A stretch of 64,000 bases of DNA from an uncultured Rhodospirillaceae bacterium (GCA_964574215.1 CAZNLR010000003.1:78746-142745), one strand, 5' to 3'. Numbered from the stretch's first letter, positions 49,022-59,112 are shown. Made by a program: numbers and translations. The notes: generated by a model from the letters alone, not told the origin.

Positions 49022-49978
49022 TCAAGACGGTTCGATTACCCGAATCGGCGCGCCGTTAATCCACGCTTGAATATTCTCGACAATCTGGCTGAAACTCAGC
49101 CGGTAGTTCTCTTCGACCACATATCCGATGTGAGGAGTCAGAAGCACGTTATCCAGTTGACGGAGCGGATGGTCCGCCGGCAACGGCTCGGTTTCATAGA
49201 CATCGATCCCGGCGCCGGCGATCTGATTCGTTTCCAACGCTTCAATCAAAGCCGCCTCATTCACCAGCGGTCCCCGCGACGTGTTGATCAGGTAGGCAGT
49301 CGGTTTCATTCGAGAAAATTCCTCCTTGCCGACGATGCCGCGACTGCGTCCACTCAACGGCATATGCAGGGTGACGAAGTCGGATGTGCCGAACAGTTCA
49401 TCCTTGTCGCCCCGCCGCACACCGGCCTCCGCCGCTTTCTTATCAGTCAGATTGGGGCTCCAGGCGATGACGTCCATGCCGAAGGCCAGACCGACCTTGG
49501 CCACCGGTACGCCAAGCCGGCCCAGTCCCACGACCCCAAGGACACGGCCTTTTAACCCGATGCCGAGCTGGGTTTGCCAGCCGCCCTGCTTCATTTGGCG
49601 ATCCTCTTCATGTATTCGTCGCGCCAGGCCGAGGATCAGCCCCCACGCCAACTCGGGCGTCGGCGATCCCAGCATATCCGTACCGCAGACCGTGATCCCC
49701 TGTTCAGCCGCCGCAGCCGCATCAATGGAGAAATTGCGTTTACCGCTGGTCAGCAGCAATTTCAAATTCGGTAATTTGGCAAGTTGGGATTTCAGAAACG
49801 GTGTGCGCTCCCGGTTCATGACGACGATATCGAAATCTTTCAATCTTTCGGCAATTTCATCCTCGTCGGCGAGATGATCTTTGAATAAGATAACCTCCGC
49901 GTCGCCGGCAAGACTGCTCCAGTCGGCCATATCCTTGGCCACGTTCTGATAATCATCCAGAATTGCCACGCGATGCAT
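49022..49978 (-). CDS. D-isomer-specific 2-hydroxyacid dehydrogenase family protein
   Basis: 318-aa ORF. NAD-binding motif LGVVGLGRLG, plus INTSRGPLV, AGIDVYETEP and TPHIGY. Confidence 0.85.
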   Translation of the reverse strand: MHRVAILDDYQNVAKDMADWSSLAGDAEVILFKDHLADEDEIAERLKDFDIVVMNRERTPFLKSQLAKLPNLKLLLTSGKRNFSIDAAAAAEQGITVCGTDMLGSPTPELAWGLILGLARRIHEEDRQMKQGGWQTQLGIGLKGRVLGVVGLGRLGVPVAKVGLAFGMDVIAWSPNLTDKKAAEAGVRRGDKDELFGTSDFVTLHMPLSGRSRGIVGKEEFSRMKPTAYLINTSRGPLVNEAALIEALETNQIAGAGIDVYETEPLPADHPLRQLDNVLLTPHIGYVVEENYRLSFSQIVENIQAWINGAPIRVIEPS

Positions 49979-49993
49979 TAGTCGATACTCCCG

Positions 49994-50842
49994 TTAAACA
50001 ATGTGTTCCGGCCCGTCCAGGGTTTCCGGCAAAAAGCGCGTGGACCATTTGGTTTGGACCTGTTCGGTCTTTTGGCCATCGACGACGATGGCGTCAACGT
50101 TCTCGTTGAAAAAACAGTAATAGCCTTTGATCTTCCCAACTTCGGGAAGCGGATCGGGATAGCTCCAAACGATATCCTCGAACGTTTCGCCTCCAACCAT
50201 CACCGACCAGTAAACGGCGGAACCTTTGTAGGGACAGCGTGTCTTTGTCTCCGTGCTCGTCAAAAAATCCATGCGTATATCTTGTGGCGGAATATAATAT
50301 CGCGTCGGCATGCCCGTTTCGAAAAGAAAGACCGCTTCCTCGGTCTCGGCAACCTCTTCGCCGCCAATGACAACCGTCACCGGCCGTGAACTTTTGATGG
50401 CGTCGATGCGTTTATGGGGATCCCTGGGATGGACGAAGATTTCCTCGTCTTCTTCGAACCATCGATCGACCTTGTTCCAGTAAAATGCCAGATGATTTTT
50501 GATCGCCCGCGCTTCGTCGAAAGGCGTTTGGTAACACCAGACGGCGTCTTCGGCTTCTTTATCGCCAACCAGGAGCGAGCGGTAAGATGCTTCACCTTTA
50601 AAGGGACAAAAAGTGGTCCGTTCCGTCCGTTCCATCAAATCCAAACGGACCTGGTCAGCGGGAAAATAGTACACCGGCACGTGATTTGATTCGAGAAGCA
50701 CCAGGACTTCCGTCGAATCGGCTATGAATTCGTCGTTGAATTCGACCCGCACCCGGCGGGGGCAAGGCTCGACAATTACTCGGTAATCCGGATGTTTGGC
50801 AAATCCGGGCGCCGATCCGGCGGTCGTCGCGACGGTGCTCAT
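49994..50842 (-). CDS. tandem DUF427 domain protein
   Basis: 282-aa ORF with two copies of the DUF427 pattern (VPVYYFPADQV...CPFKGEASYRSL...AVWCYQTPFDEARAIKNHLAFY, and PTRYYIPPQDI...CPYKGSAVYWSV...IVWSYPDPLPEVGKIKGYYCFF). Confidence 0.75.
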   Translation of the reverse strand: MSTVATTAGSAPGFAKHPDYRVIVEPCPRRVRVEFNDEFIADSTEVLVLLESNHVPVYYFPADQVRLDLMERTERTTFCPFKGEASYRSLLVGDKEAEDAVWCYQTPFDEARAIKNHLAFYWNKVDRWFEEDEEIFVHPRDPHKRIDAIKSSRPVTVVIGGEEVAETEEAVFLFETGMPTRYYIPPQDIRMDFLTSTETKTRCPYKGSAVYWSVMVGGETFEDIVWSYPDPLPEVGKIKGYYCFFNENVDAIVVDGQKTEQVQTKWSTRFLPETLDGPEHIV

Positions 50843-50872
50843 CTCTCAACCCAACTCCCAATACTGCTTGGT

Positions 50873-51634
50873 TCACATGATGCCGAACTGCTCCAAAGCG
50901 TCTGCCAAATCCTCACCGAAATTGTTGTCTTTGCGCAATAGGCAGGCCTTTTCGGGCAGGTTTTTCAACGAGGCATGGCTGCGGGAGAAGCTGGTCATAA
51001 CGGCAAATGGAATGTCGGTCGTGGTGTCCATGGCGGCGAGAGCGCAGCCGAGTTCCACACCGCTTATCTCGTCCAGAACAGCCGATGAAATCACCATATC
51101 CGGCAAGGTGCGGACGGTCAGTTCCAAAGCCTCGAACGCCCGGTTACAGGTGGTCACTCGATAACCGCAATTGACCAGTTCCCGGGTAAAAATTTTGGCG
51201 GACGATGATTGCGGATCGACCAGCAGTATCTCGATATCCAGATGATCCAGATCATCCAGGTCAACTGGCCGGCGTACGGGAAGGGAGCGGACAAATTCCG
51301 CCTGGTCGGCACTTTCTATTTCGCCGTCGAGAATGCCGCGGATAACATCGAGAAAAGCGTCGATGTCGTCCATTTGGCGATCCGTCGGATCTTCCAAATC
51401 CGCCGCATAATCGAGCATGCGCCGGACACCCAAATCGATCAGAGGCTGGTTGGCCCAATGACTTAATCTTTGCAATTTGCCGCCTTCGAGCGCCAATTCG
51501 CCGAGCGCATCCTGAGAAGAGGAGGTGTGAGAGCGCATATTCGATACCGCTATTTCAAGGGAGGAGATGGTGTCGCGTGCTTCTTCCAGGAATTCCGCAT
51601 CAATTTGATCGGCGTAATCTGTCTTATCGGCCAT
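50873..51634 (-). CDS. receiver-like (pseudo-receiver) domain protein with an N-terminal helical domain
   Basis: 253-aa ORF. The C-terminal ~120 aa follow the CheY-like beta-alpha pattern (IEILLVDPQSSS...PDMVISSAVLDEISGVEL...FAVMTSF...LLRKD). The position of the phospho-acceptor Asp is occupied by Ser. Confidence 0.5.
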   Translation of the reverse strand: MADKTDYADQIDAEFLEEARDTISSLEIAVSNMRSHTSSSQDALGELALEGGKLQRLSHWANQPLIDLGVRRMLDYAADLEDPTDRQMDDIDAFLDVIRGILDGEIESADQAEFVRSLPVRRPVDLDDLDHLDIEILLVDPQSSSAKIFTRELVNCGYRVTTCNRAFEALELTVRTLPDMVISSAVLDEISGVELGCALAAMDTTTDIPFAVMTSFSRSHASLKNLPEKACLLRKDNNFGEDLADALEQFGIM

Positions 51635-51705
51635 TATTATTATTCCTTACACTATTTATATCTGCTCTTTGTATGTGCGGATTGTCGGCCTCAATTACGA
51701 CCTGT

Positions 51706-52392
51706 TCAAACGATTTTTTCCCGCCCGTAGTAAATCCGCGCCAGCCGGTCCGGTGAAACGCCTAAATGGTAAAGCGCATGAATTTTCAGCCAGCCCCAGA
51801 CAATACCCACCGCCGAACGTCCGGCAAACTTCCGGGACGACGTAATGAGAGGCGGATCGTCAATGCAACAGGTGCGGCCCGAGCGCTCCAGGCGGCGGCT
51901 GAAATCATAATCTTCCATCAGTGCCAGCGGTTTGATGCCGCCCAATTCTTCATAGACCGACCGTAGAACAAAAATTCCTGAATCACCGTAATACAAGCCG
52001 CGTTTTCTGATCCAAGCATAGAACCCGGTCAGCCATCGGCTGAAGCCGGTGTCGCCATCGAACTCGAGCCTAAAATTCCCTCCAACCATGTTCGACGAGC
52101 CCATTTCCCGTTCAATAGAGTCAAGCCCGCCCGGTGGAAGAACGGAATCGGCATGGAGGAATAACAATATTTTTCCGGTCGCCGCCTGTGCACCTTCGGC
52201 GAGCTGGATACCCCTTCCCTTTTTCGCCTGGACAACCCGGGCGCCCAAGGATCGTGCAATCGCTATTGTCTCATCGGAACTACCCCCATCGGCGACAATG
52301 ATTTCATGGTTAGTGTTACTCTGCACCAACTGCGCCAACAGGTCGCTCAGCCGGGCTTCTTCGTTGAAGGTGGGTATGACGACCGATATCAT
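51706..52392 (-). CDS. family-2 glycosyltransferase
   Basis: The start was moved to the ATG at 52392 (MISVVIPTFNEEARL), which overlaps the upstream stop (ATGA). Motifs: EIIVADGGSSDET, LLFLHADSVLP, GDSGIFV, MEDYDFSRRL. Confidence 0.8.
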   Translation of the reverse strand: MISVVIPTFNEEARLSDLLAQLVQSNTNHEIIVADGGSSDETIAIARSLGARVVQAKKGRGIQLAEGAQAATGKILLFLHADSVLPPGGLDSIEREMGSSNMVGGNFRLEFDGDTGFSRWLTGFYAWIRKRGLYYGDSGIFVLRSVYEELGGIKPLALMEDYDFSRRLERSGRTCCIDDPPLITSSRKFAGRSAVGIVWGWLKIHALYHLGVSPDRLARIYYGREKIV

Positions 52393-53153
52393 GGTGACGC
52401 CATCGCCGCTTCTTCCGGCGTAACCAAGTCGATTTTCCGCAGCACTCTTTCTTGACGCTGCCAATTTTCCTGCACCCAATTGCCACCGAGCTGGGTGACC
52501 ATGGCAACCGGTAGCGTGTATCTCCCGGCGGCCGTTTCGGCACATTGCCGCCAAATCTTGCCGACATGCGCATAAATGGCGATACGTTCTTTAGCGGAAA
52601 GCCTGCCTATATTCTGCCGCACGAAATTGACGCCAAAGGCGATGTGCCGGGCCTCGTCGGCCCTTATCTGCCGGTTGATGTCACGAAACAGGGGACAGGG
52701 GAAACAATGGCTAAGGCGCTCCAGCAATTTCACCGCACCGCCCTCGAACACAACGTGAAAGGAAATGATTAGACCTAGTGGCGAACCCAGGTCTGACCCC
52801 CGCCATTCAAGGCTGCCTCGCAAGGCCGCATCAAGGGCGGGTTCAATGGGGGCAATATCGCCCATGCGCTCGATATAGGTTTTAAAAATCTTTTCATGCC
52901 GAGTTTCATCAACCAGTTGCGACCGCACAAATTCCTTGGCCTCGCCGGCACTTAGATCATCGATTAACCTCCGGCACATCATCTGCGTCAAACGTTCACC
53001 GTGGTAAAATTGACTGACGGTTTTAATGTAGGTCCGTTTGCGAAACCAAAGGGGGAATTTGATGTCTTGATTCCAATCGATTGCCGTACCGGCTGTCGGA
53101 CAGCCATCAATTTCTGCTACGGTATGTCGATTCACCTGGCTTATGTCATTCAT
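52389..53153 (-). CDS. ferritin-like di-iron carboxylate protein (unknown oxygenase/oxidase)
   Basis: 254-aa ORF with two E-x-x-H motifs in helical context (LVDETRHEKIF and RADEARHIAFG) plus partner acidic residues (FYHGERL, FHVVFEGG). Translationally coupled to the GT2 gene. Confidence 0.6.
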   Translation of the reverse strand: MNDISQVNRHTVAEIDGCPTAGTAIDWNQDIKFPLWFRKRTYIKTVSQFYHGERLTQMMCRRLIDDLSAGEAKEFVRSQLVDETRHEKIFKTYIERMGDIAPIEPALDAALRGSLEWRGSDLGSPLGLIISFHVVFEGGAVKLLERLSHCFPCPLFRDINRQIRADEARHIAFGVNFVRQNIGRLSAKERIAIYAHVGKIWRQCAETAAGRYTLPVAMVTQLGGNWVQENWQRQERVLRKIDLVTPEEAAMASP

Positions 53154-53238
53154 ACGGTGAAAAGCCTAACCCGAAATCACACCGGCAAACAATCCAATGT
53201 AGTCAATCGGCAGATCAATCTTCCGTTATAAATATTGA

Positions 53239-53252
53239 TATGTGGCCACATA
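53239..53252. promoter_or_regulatory. perfect 14-bp palindrome in a divergent promoter region (candidate operator)
   Basis: TATGTGGCCACATA is its own reverse complement. A half-site copy, ATGTGG, recurs at 53273-53278. It lies between the di-iron/GT2 operon (minus strand) and hyuA (plus strand). Confidence 0.3.
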
Positions 53253-53462
53253 CATTCTAGCTTTTATTCAAAATGTGGCGATTGATAACGTCCAAGGAGA
53301 TCACAAGCCAATTCAGTCCGATCAAACAACAGACTATTAACGGGGAGAATATATTCCGAACGCCGCCGCACCATCAAAGTAGGAGCGTTTCGGCCCGGCG
53401 GTATGTTAACGCCGTCTCTAGAACAAATAAAAATGATCAAGGGGAGGACTAGTCGTAGAGCC

Positions 53463-55526
53463 ATGAGATTTGCAAGCGACACGGGCGGGACATTCACTGA
53501 TCTCATCGTTGAGGACGACAATGGCGCTCTATCCATGTACAAGGCGGCAACGACACCGGACGATCCGGTAAAGGGCGTTCTGGAAGCGCTGGGCCACGCC
53601 GCCGACGACCGTGGCGTAACATTGGATGAATTGCTTGCTGCCGGTTCTATACTAATTCACGGCACCACTCACGCCCTCAACGCCATCATCACGGGCAACG
53701 CCGCCAAGACGGCTTTTCTGACCACCCAAGGCCACCCGGATATTCTGGTCCTGCGGGAGGCCGGCCGCTTGGAACCATTTAATTTTCATGTCCCCTACCC
53801 CGCCCCCTATATACCGCGGTCCCTCACGTTCGAAGTACCCGAGCGGGTCGACAGCGCCGGCGGCATTATGCTCAAGTTGGACGAAGAAGCCGCCATCAGC
53901 ACGATCGCAAAACTTAAAAAACTAAAGGTCGAAGCGGTTTCGATCTGCCTGTTGTGGTCCATCGTCAATCCCGCCCATGAACTGCGACTGGGCGCATTGT
54001 TGGAAAAGCACTTGCCGGGCGTTCCCTATACCTTATCTCACCAATTAAACCCGGCCTTGCGGGAATACCGGCGGGCTTCGTCCGCCGCTATCGACGCGTC
54101 GCTGAAACCGTTGATGACGCGATATCTCGGCAGCCTTACAGACCGGCTGGCCAAATCCGGATTTCAAGGTCGAACGTTGGTGCTGACCTCTCAAGGCGGC
54201 ATGATCGACGCCCATGAGCTGGCTGAATGGCCCATTCATGCAATTAATTCCGGCCCGTCCATGGCGCCCATCGCCGGACGCTATTACGCGGGTCTCGACA
54301 GCAAGCTGCCCAACGCCATCATCGCCGATACGGGCGGCACCACCTATGACGTGAGCCTGGTGCGGCGGGGACGCATTCCCAGGACCCGTGAAACCTGGAT
54401 CGGCCAGCCCTATCGGGGGCACATGACCGGTTTCCCTTCCATCGATATCAAGAGCGTTGGCGCCGGCGGCGGTTCCATCGCCCATGTGGATGAAGGAGAT
54501 ATTCTGCATGTCGGCCCCCAAAGCGCGGGGGCGGTGCCCGGTCCGGTCTGCTATGGCGCCGGCGGCGCAGAACCGACTTTGACCGATGCCTGTGTGGTGC
54601 TCGGCTATCTCGATCCGAAATTCTTTTTGGGCGGCGCCATGCGGTTGGACGTCACGGCGGCACGAAAAGCAATCAAAGAAAAAATCGCCGAGCCGTTAGG
54701 TTTAAGCGTCTTGCAGGCGGCGGCTTCGGTGGTCGGCGTCGCCACGGAAAACATGGTCCAGGCGATTTCGGAAATTACGGTCAATCAGGGCATCGACCCG
54801 GCAGACGCCGCGCTGGTCGGCGGCGGCGGCGGAGCGGGGTTGAATTCCGTCTTTATCGCCCGGCGCCTGGGATGCCCCCAATTGGTGATCCCGGAAACCG
54901 GCGCCGGACTGAGCGCCGCCGGGGCAACCATGTCCGATCTTTCCAACGATTTTCCCGCCATGTTTTTCACCACTTCAGCCGATTGGAATGAAAAAGGCGT
55001 CAACGCCGTATTGCGGGAATTGGAATCTCGATGCCGCGCCTTTCGAAAGGGGCCCGGCAAAGGGGCGAAATCCCATAAAATCGAATTCACCGTCGAAGCG
55101 CGGTACGCCAGCCAGGTTTGGGAAATCGATGTGCCTCTGAGAAAATCGCGGTTTTCGAGAAAGGCCGATCTGGCCGATTTGGTGGCGGATTTTCATGCCG
55201 CCCATGAAGAAATCTTTGCCGTGCGCGATGAGGATTCGGTGGTCGAGTTTGTCGGCTGGACAGCGTCCGTAAGCTGTAGTTTCGGACGCAAGAAAGCGGG
55301 ACGGCTGAAACATACGGCGGCAGAGGATGTCGTCATCGGAAAGCGAAAAGCCTATTTCGATGGCCACGGCTCGATCGAGACCGCCATCCACACTTTGCAT
55401 TCCCTGAAGATCGGCAAGACCCATGAAGGCCCGGCAATCATCGAATCTCCTTTCACCACCATCGTCGTCGATCCGCAGGCCACATTTAAGCTGGCCAAAT
55501 CGGGCAGCATCGTCATTACCCCTTAA
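53463..55526 (+). CDS. hyuA: hydantoinase/oxoprolinase family, A (beta) subunit
   Basis: The start was moved to the ATG at 53463 (MRFASDTGGTFTDLIV), the canonical N-terminus of this family, after AAGGGGAGGA. It shows ASKHA-fold glycine-rich blocks (IIADTGGTTYDVS, VGAGGGSIA, LVGGGGGAGL). Confidence 0.85.
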   Translation: MRFASDTGGTFTDLIVEDDNGALSMYKAATTPDDPVKGVLEALGHAADDRGVTLDELLAAGSILIHGTTHALNAIITGNAAKTAFLTTQGHPDILVLREAGRLEPFNFHVPYPAPYIPRSLTFEVPERVDSAGGIMLKLDEEAAISTIAKLKKLKVEAVSICLLWSIVNPAHELRLGALLEKHLPGVPYTLSHQLNPALREYRRASSAAIDASLKPLMTRYLGSLTDRLAKSGFQGRTLVLTSQGGMIDAHELAEWPIHAINSGPSMAPIAGRYYAGLDSKLPNAIIADTGGTTYDVSLVRRGRIPRTRETWIGQPYRGHMTGFPSIDIKSVGAGGGSIAHVDEGDILHVGPQSAGAVPGPVCYGAGGAEPTLTDACVVLGYLDPKFFLGGAMRLDVTAARKAIKEKIAEPLGLSVLQAAASVVGVATENMVQAISEITVNQGIDPADAALVGGGGGAGLNSVFIARRLGCPQLVIPETGAGLSAAGATMSDLSNDFPAMFFTTSADWNEKGVNAVLRELESRCRAFRKGPGKGAKSHKIEFTVEARYASQVWEIDVPLRKSRFSRKADLADLVADFHAAHEEIFAVRDEDSVVEFVGWTASVSCSFGRKKAGRLKHTAAEDVVIGKRKAYFDGHGSIETAIHTLHSLKIGKTHEGPAIIESPFTTIVVDPQATFKLAKSGSIVITP

Positions 55527-55540
55527 TCCTTGAGGCCGAT

Positions 55541-57346
55541 ATGAGCAGTAAACAGAGAAAAAAAACCCGAGTAAAAAAACAGCCGCAACAGTTGGACGGC
55601 GCCAAGCTGGCGATCCTGGCCAACCGGTTCGGCGGCATTTGCTCAAAAATGGGCAACACGCTGCTGCGTACGGGCCGTTCCGGGGTTCTCAACCGGGCCA
55701 AGGATTTCTCCTGCTGTATCGTCACCAGGGATTGCGAGCTCTTGCACGCGGAAGAGAGCCTGCCCATTCATGTGCTGTCGGGTCCCGATCTGATGGCGAA
55801 ATCGATGCACGAGTTTCACCCCGATCTGAAACCGGGCGACGTTTTCCTTCACAACTCTCCCTATCACGGCGATTCCCATCCGGCGGACCACACGCTGCTC
55901 ATGCCGGTCATCGATAAAAAAGGCGTACATCACTTCACCCTATTGGCCAAAGCCCACCAGGCAGATATCGGCAATTCCATCCCGACCACTTATCACGGTA
56001 CGGCGCGGGATGTTTACGAAGAAGGTGCTTTGATCTTTCCCGCCGTCAAGGTCGTCGATAACTACGAGATTGAGGAGGACATTATTCGCATGTGCCGGAT
56101 GCGCATTCGCGTCCCCGACCAATGGTACGGCGATTTTCTCGCCATGCTGGGCGCTGCCTTTATCGGTGAGCGGGAGGTGCTGGCCCTGGGCGAAGAGGTC
56201 GGGTGGGATATGTTGCACTCCTTTACCGACCAGTGGTTCGACTATTCCGAACGGCGCATGGTCGCCGCCATTAAAAAAATGCCTCATGGCACGGGTGTCG
56301 CGAAATCAACCCATGACGCCATTCCCGGCACGCCGCCCGACGGTATTGGCATTACTTCGAAAGCAACAGTCGATACCAAGAAGGCGATGATCGAAGTGGA
56401 TTTGCGGGACAATCCCGATCAGTTGGCATGCGGTCTAAACGTATCGGAGGCCTGCACCCGCACCTCGGCCATGATTGGCATCTTCAATTCGGTCGATCCC
56501 AGTGTGCCCAAAAACGCCGGCGCTTTCCGGCGGGTAAGGCTTCATCTCAAAGACGGTGGTGTGGTCGGTATTCCCCGCCATCCCATCAGCTGCTCCGCCT
56601 CCACCACCAACCTTGCCGACCGGGTGCAGAACTCCACCCAGAGAGCGCTGGCCGCCATCGGTGATCCCTTGGGTATGGGAGAGATCGGCTGCTTTTGTCC
56701 ACCGTCGACGTCGGTCGTGTCGGGAACCGACCCCCGCTCGGGCAAGCCTTATGTGAACCAGCTGTTCCTGGGGCATACGGCGGGCGGCGCGGTCGCCTAT
56801 CAGGACGCTTGGTTGACCATGCTGCATGCCGGCAATGGCGGCATGTGCTTTATCGACAGTGTCGAACTGGACGAGGTCTATACGCCCATCGTGGTTAAGA
56901 CCCGCCGCCTCATCCAGGACAGCGAAGGCGCGGGACGCTATCGCGGCGCGCCCGGTATCGAAGTGGAATTGGGTCCGGTCAATTGCCGCATGGAAGCGGG
57001 GTTCGTCGCCGACGGCAACATCAATGTTCCCAAGGGGGCGCGGGGCGGCGGCAACGCCGCCCGGTCCGATCAGTTCCGACGCGGTAAAAACGGCAAACTG
57101 GAGCGGCTCGATCAATGCTCCCAGGTGTGGATCGAGGATGGGGAAATGATGGTCTCCATCGCCTGCGGCGGCGGCGGCTACGGTGACCCCAAAAAGCGCG
57201 ATCCCAAACGGGTAAGGAATGACGTCGAAGAAGGACTGATCTCGAGGAAAAGGGCCCGTGAGATCTATGGTGTCGCGATAACTGCGGCCAATCAAATAGA
57301 TATCAAAAAAACCAAGGAACTGCGTCGCAAACGGCGTCATAAATAA
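55541..57346 (+). CDS. hyuB: hydantoinase B/oxoprolinase family, B (alpha) subunit
   Basis: 601-aa ORF directly after hyuA. Family blocks: RSGVLNRAKDFSCCI, NSPYHGDSHPADHTLL, GGGGYGDP. Confidence 0.85.
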   Translation: MSSKQRKKTRVKKQPQQLDGAKLAILANRFGGICSKMGNTLLRTGRSGVLNRAKDFSCCIVTRDCELLHAEESLPIHVLSGPDLMAKSMHEFHPDLKPGDVFLHNSPYHGDSHPADHTLLMPVIDKKGVHHFTLLAKAHQADIGNSIPTTYHGTARDVYEEGALIFPAVKVVDNYEIEEDIIRMCRMRIRVPDQWYGDFLAMLGAAFIGEREVLALGEEVGWDMLHSFTDQWFDYSERRMVAAIKKMPHGTGVAKSTHDAIPGTPPDGIGITSKATVDTKKAMIEVDLRDNPDQLACGLNVSEACTRTSAMIGIFNSVDPSVPKNAGAFRRVRLHLKDGGVVGIPRHPISCSASTTNLADRVQNSTQRALAAIGDPLGMGEIGCFCPPSTSVVSGTDPRSGKPYVNQLFLGHTAGGAVAYQDAWLTMLHAGNGGMCFIDSVELDEVYTPIVVKTRRLIQDSEGAGRYRGAPGIEVELGPVNCRMEAGFVADGNINVPKGARGGGNAARSDQFRRGKNGKLERLDQCSQVWIEDGEMMVSIACGGGGYGDPKKRDPKRVRNDVEEGLISRKRAREIYGVAITAANQIDIKKTKELRRKRRHK

Positions 57347-57370
57347 ACACCTTAACCAGGAGGACAAACC

Positions 57371-58132
57371 ATGAGATTGAAAGACAAAGTTGCCATCGTC
57401 ACCGGCTCGTCCATGGGCATCGGCGAAGCCATCGCCAAGCGGTATGCGGCGGAGGGGGCGAAAGTAGCAATCAATTATTTCAAAAGCCCGGATGCCGCGG
57501 ACGCCGTTGTCAAATCCATCCAGGATGCCGGGGGCGAAGCCAAAGCCTACAAGGCCGATGTGTCGAAAATTCCGGAAATCGAAAAACTGGCCGCCGATGT
57601 CATCAATGATTTCGGCCAGGTCGATATCTTGGTCAACAACGCCGGTGTGTTCCGCACCGTGCCCGTGATGGAAACCAGCGAGGAGATTTGGGACGAACAA
57701 CTCGATCTCAACCTCAAGGGATATTTCTTTTTCGTCAAAACCCTGGTTCCCCACTGGCGGAAGATCGGCGGCGGCAAGGTGGTCAGCATTTCCTCCATTG
57801 CCGGCACCGGCGGCTTTCCCAATTGCCCTGCCTACTGCGCCTCCAAAGGCGGCGTGGTCAATATGACCCGCGCCCTGGCCGCCGAACTGGGCGTCGAGAA
57901 TATCAATATAAACTCGATCGCGCCCGGTAATGTGGCGACACCGCTGAACGCCCATGTGCGCGGTCCCGGCAATGAGGAATATGTCGAGTTGATGAAAACC
58001 TTCACGCCCACCGGGATTGCTTTCCTGGATCCCGAGGACATGACCGGCACAGCCGTCTTCCTGGCCAGCGACGACGCCAAGCTCATCCACGGGGAGACCA
58101 TTATCGTCGACGGCGGCTGGTCGGTCTGGTGA
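57371..58132 (+). CDS. short-chain dehydrogenase/reductase (SDR)
   Basis: TGSSMGIGEAIA (TGxxxGxG), NNAG, SSIAG...YCASKGG (S...YxxxK). Confidence 0.85.
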   Translation: MRLKDKVAIVTGSSMGIGEAIAKRYAAEGAKVAINYFKSPDAADAVVKSIQDAGGEAKAYKADVSKIPEIEKLAADVINDFGQVDILVNNAGVFRTVPVMETSEEIWDEQLDLNLKGYFFFVKTLVPHWRKIGGGKVVSISSIAGTGGFPNCPAYCASKGGVVNMTRALAAELGVENININSIAPGNVATPLNAHVRGPGNEEYVELMKTFTPTGIAFLDPEDMTGTAVFLASDDAKLIHGETIIVDGGWSVW

Positions 58133-58911
58133 GTCCGGGCGGCGTTCTATTGAGCCAACGGGCAGTTGTAACAGCGGGCGCCTCGGGGATCGGCCGCGCT
58201 ATTGCCGATTGCTTTCTTTCGGCGGGCGCCGCCGTCCATATCTGTGACGTGTCCGAGGAAGCGCTGGATTCCGCCCTTGCCGATCACAGCACCTTATCCG
58301 GCACAGTGGCCGATGTCGGCAACCCAAAGGATGTCGAGCGAATGATGGCAGACGCCCTCGACCGGCTGGGCGGCTTGGACATTTTGGTCAACAACGCAGG
58401 CATCGGCGGACCCCGCGCACCCATCCAGGATATCGGCTACGAAGACTGGGACCGGACCATCAACGTCAATCTCAGCGGCATGTTCTATTGCCTGAAAAAC
58501 GCCCTGCCGCCGATGACCGAGCAGAAATCAGGCTGCATCATCAATATTTCCACCGCCTCAGTGCGGACGGGCCTGCCCCTGCGCACGGCTTACGTGGTGT
58601 CCAAGCAGGGTGTCATGGGACTGACCCAGAATGCAGCCCGGGAACTGGGACCCCATAACATCCGCTGCAATGCCATTCTGCCGGGCCTGATCGACAATGA
58701 CCGGGGCCGGGCGCTGGTGGGCAATTATGCAGATGAGCACGGAATTTCGGAAAAAGAGGCGGAGGCCAGCTTTCTCAAATTTATTTCGATGAAAAGCTGG
58801 ATCAAGCCGGAAGAAATAGGTGAAGCCGCCGTCTTCCTGGCTTCCGACGCGGGACGGCATATCTCCGGGCAATTCCTCGGCGTGGACGGTAATTTCGAGT
58901 GGGAGGAATAA
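58129..58911 (+). CDS. short-chain dehydrogenase/reductase (SDR)
   Basis: The GTG start overlaps the upstream TGA (GTGA). Motifs: TAGASGIGRAIA, NNAGIGG, STASV...YVVSKQG. Confidence 0.8.
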   Translation: MSPGGVLLSQRAVVTAGASGIGRAIADCFLSAGAAVHICDVSEEALDSALADHSTLSGTVADVGNPKDVERMMADALDRLGGLDILVNNAGIGGPRAPIQDIGYEDWDRTINVNLSGMFYCLKNALPPMTEQKSGCIINISTASVRTGLPLRTAYVVSKQGVMGLTQNAARELGPHNIRCNAILPGLIDNDRGRALVGNYADEHGISEKEAEASFLKFISMKSWIKPEEIGEAAVFLASDAGRHISGQFLGVDGNFEWEE

Positions 58912-58920
58912 GGCGGCAGG

Positions 58921-59112
58921 CTACTCTTCGTCTAACTCATCCTCGTCGTAGTCGTCGGTTTCGACGACCGGCACGCGGTACTCTTCGTTCAGCCATTTCG
59001 ATAGATCAAGTTGGGCACAGCGCTGGGAGCAAAAGGGCCGAAACTTAATGACCATCGGCTTACCACATTGGGGACATTTTTTACCGGTGTCCGGCGGGTT
59101 CTTGCTGGCCAT
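58921..59112 (-). CDS. yacG: DNA gyrase inhibitor YacG (zinc finger)
   Basis: 63-aa ORF. CPQCGKP...[19 protein letters not shown] followed by an acidic tail. Confidence 0.85.
   Translation of the reverse strand: MASKNPPDTGKKCPQCGKPMVIKFRPFCSQRCAQLDLSKWLNEEYRVPVVETDDYDEDELDEE

Noticed and set aside
56435-58090. 551-aa minus-strand ORF spanning hyuB and the first SDR gene on the opposite strand
   Set aside because: It crosses the boundary between two well-supported plus-strand genes and has no recognisable motif. This is a typical GC-rich antisense artefact.
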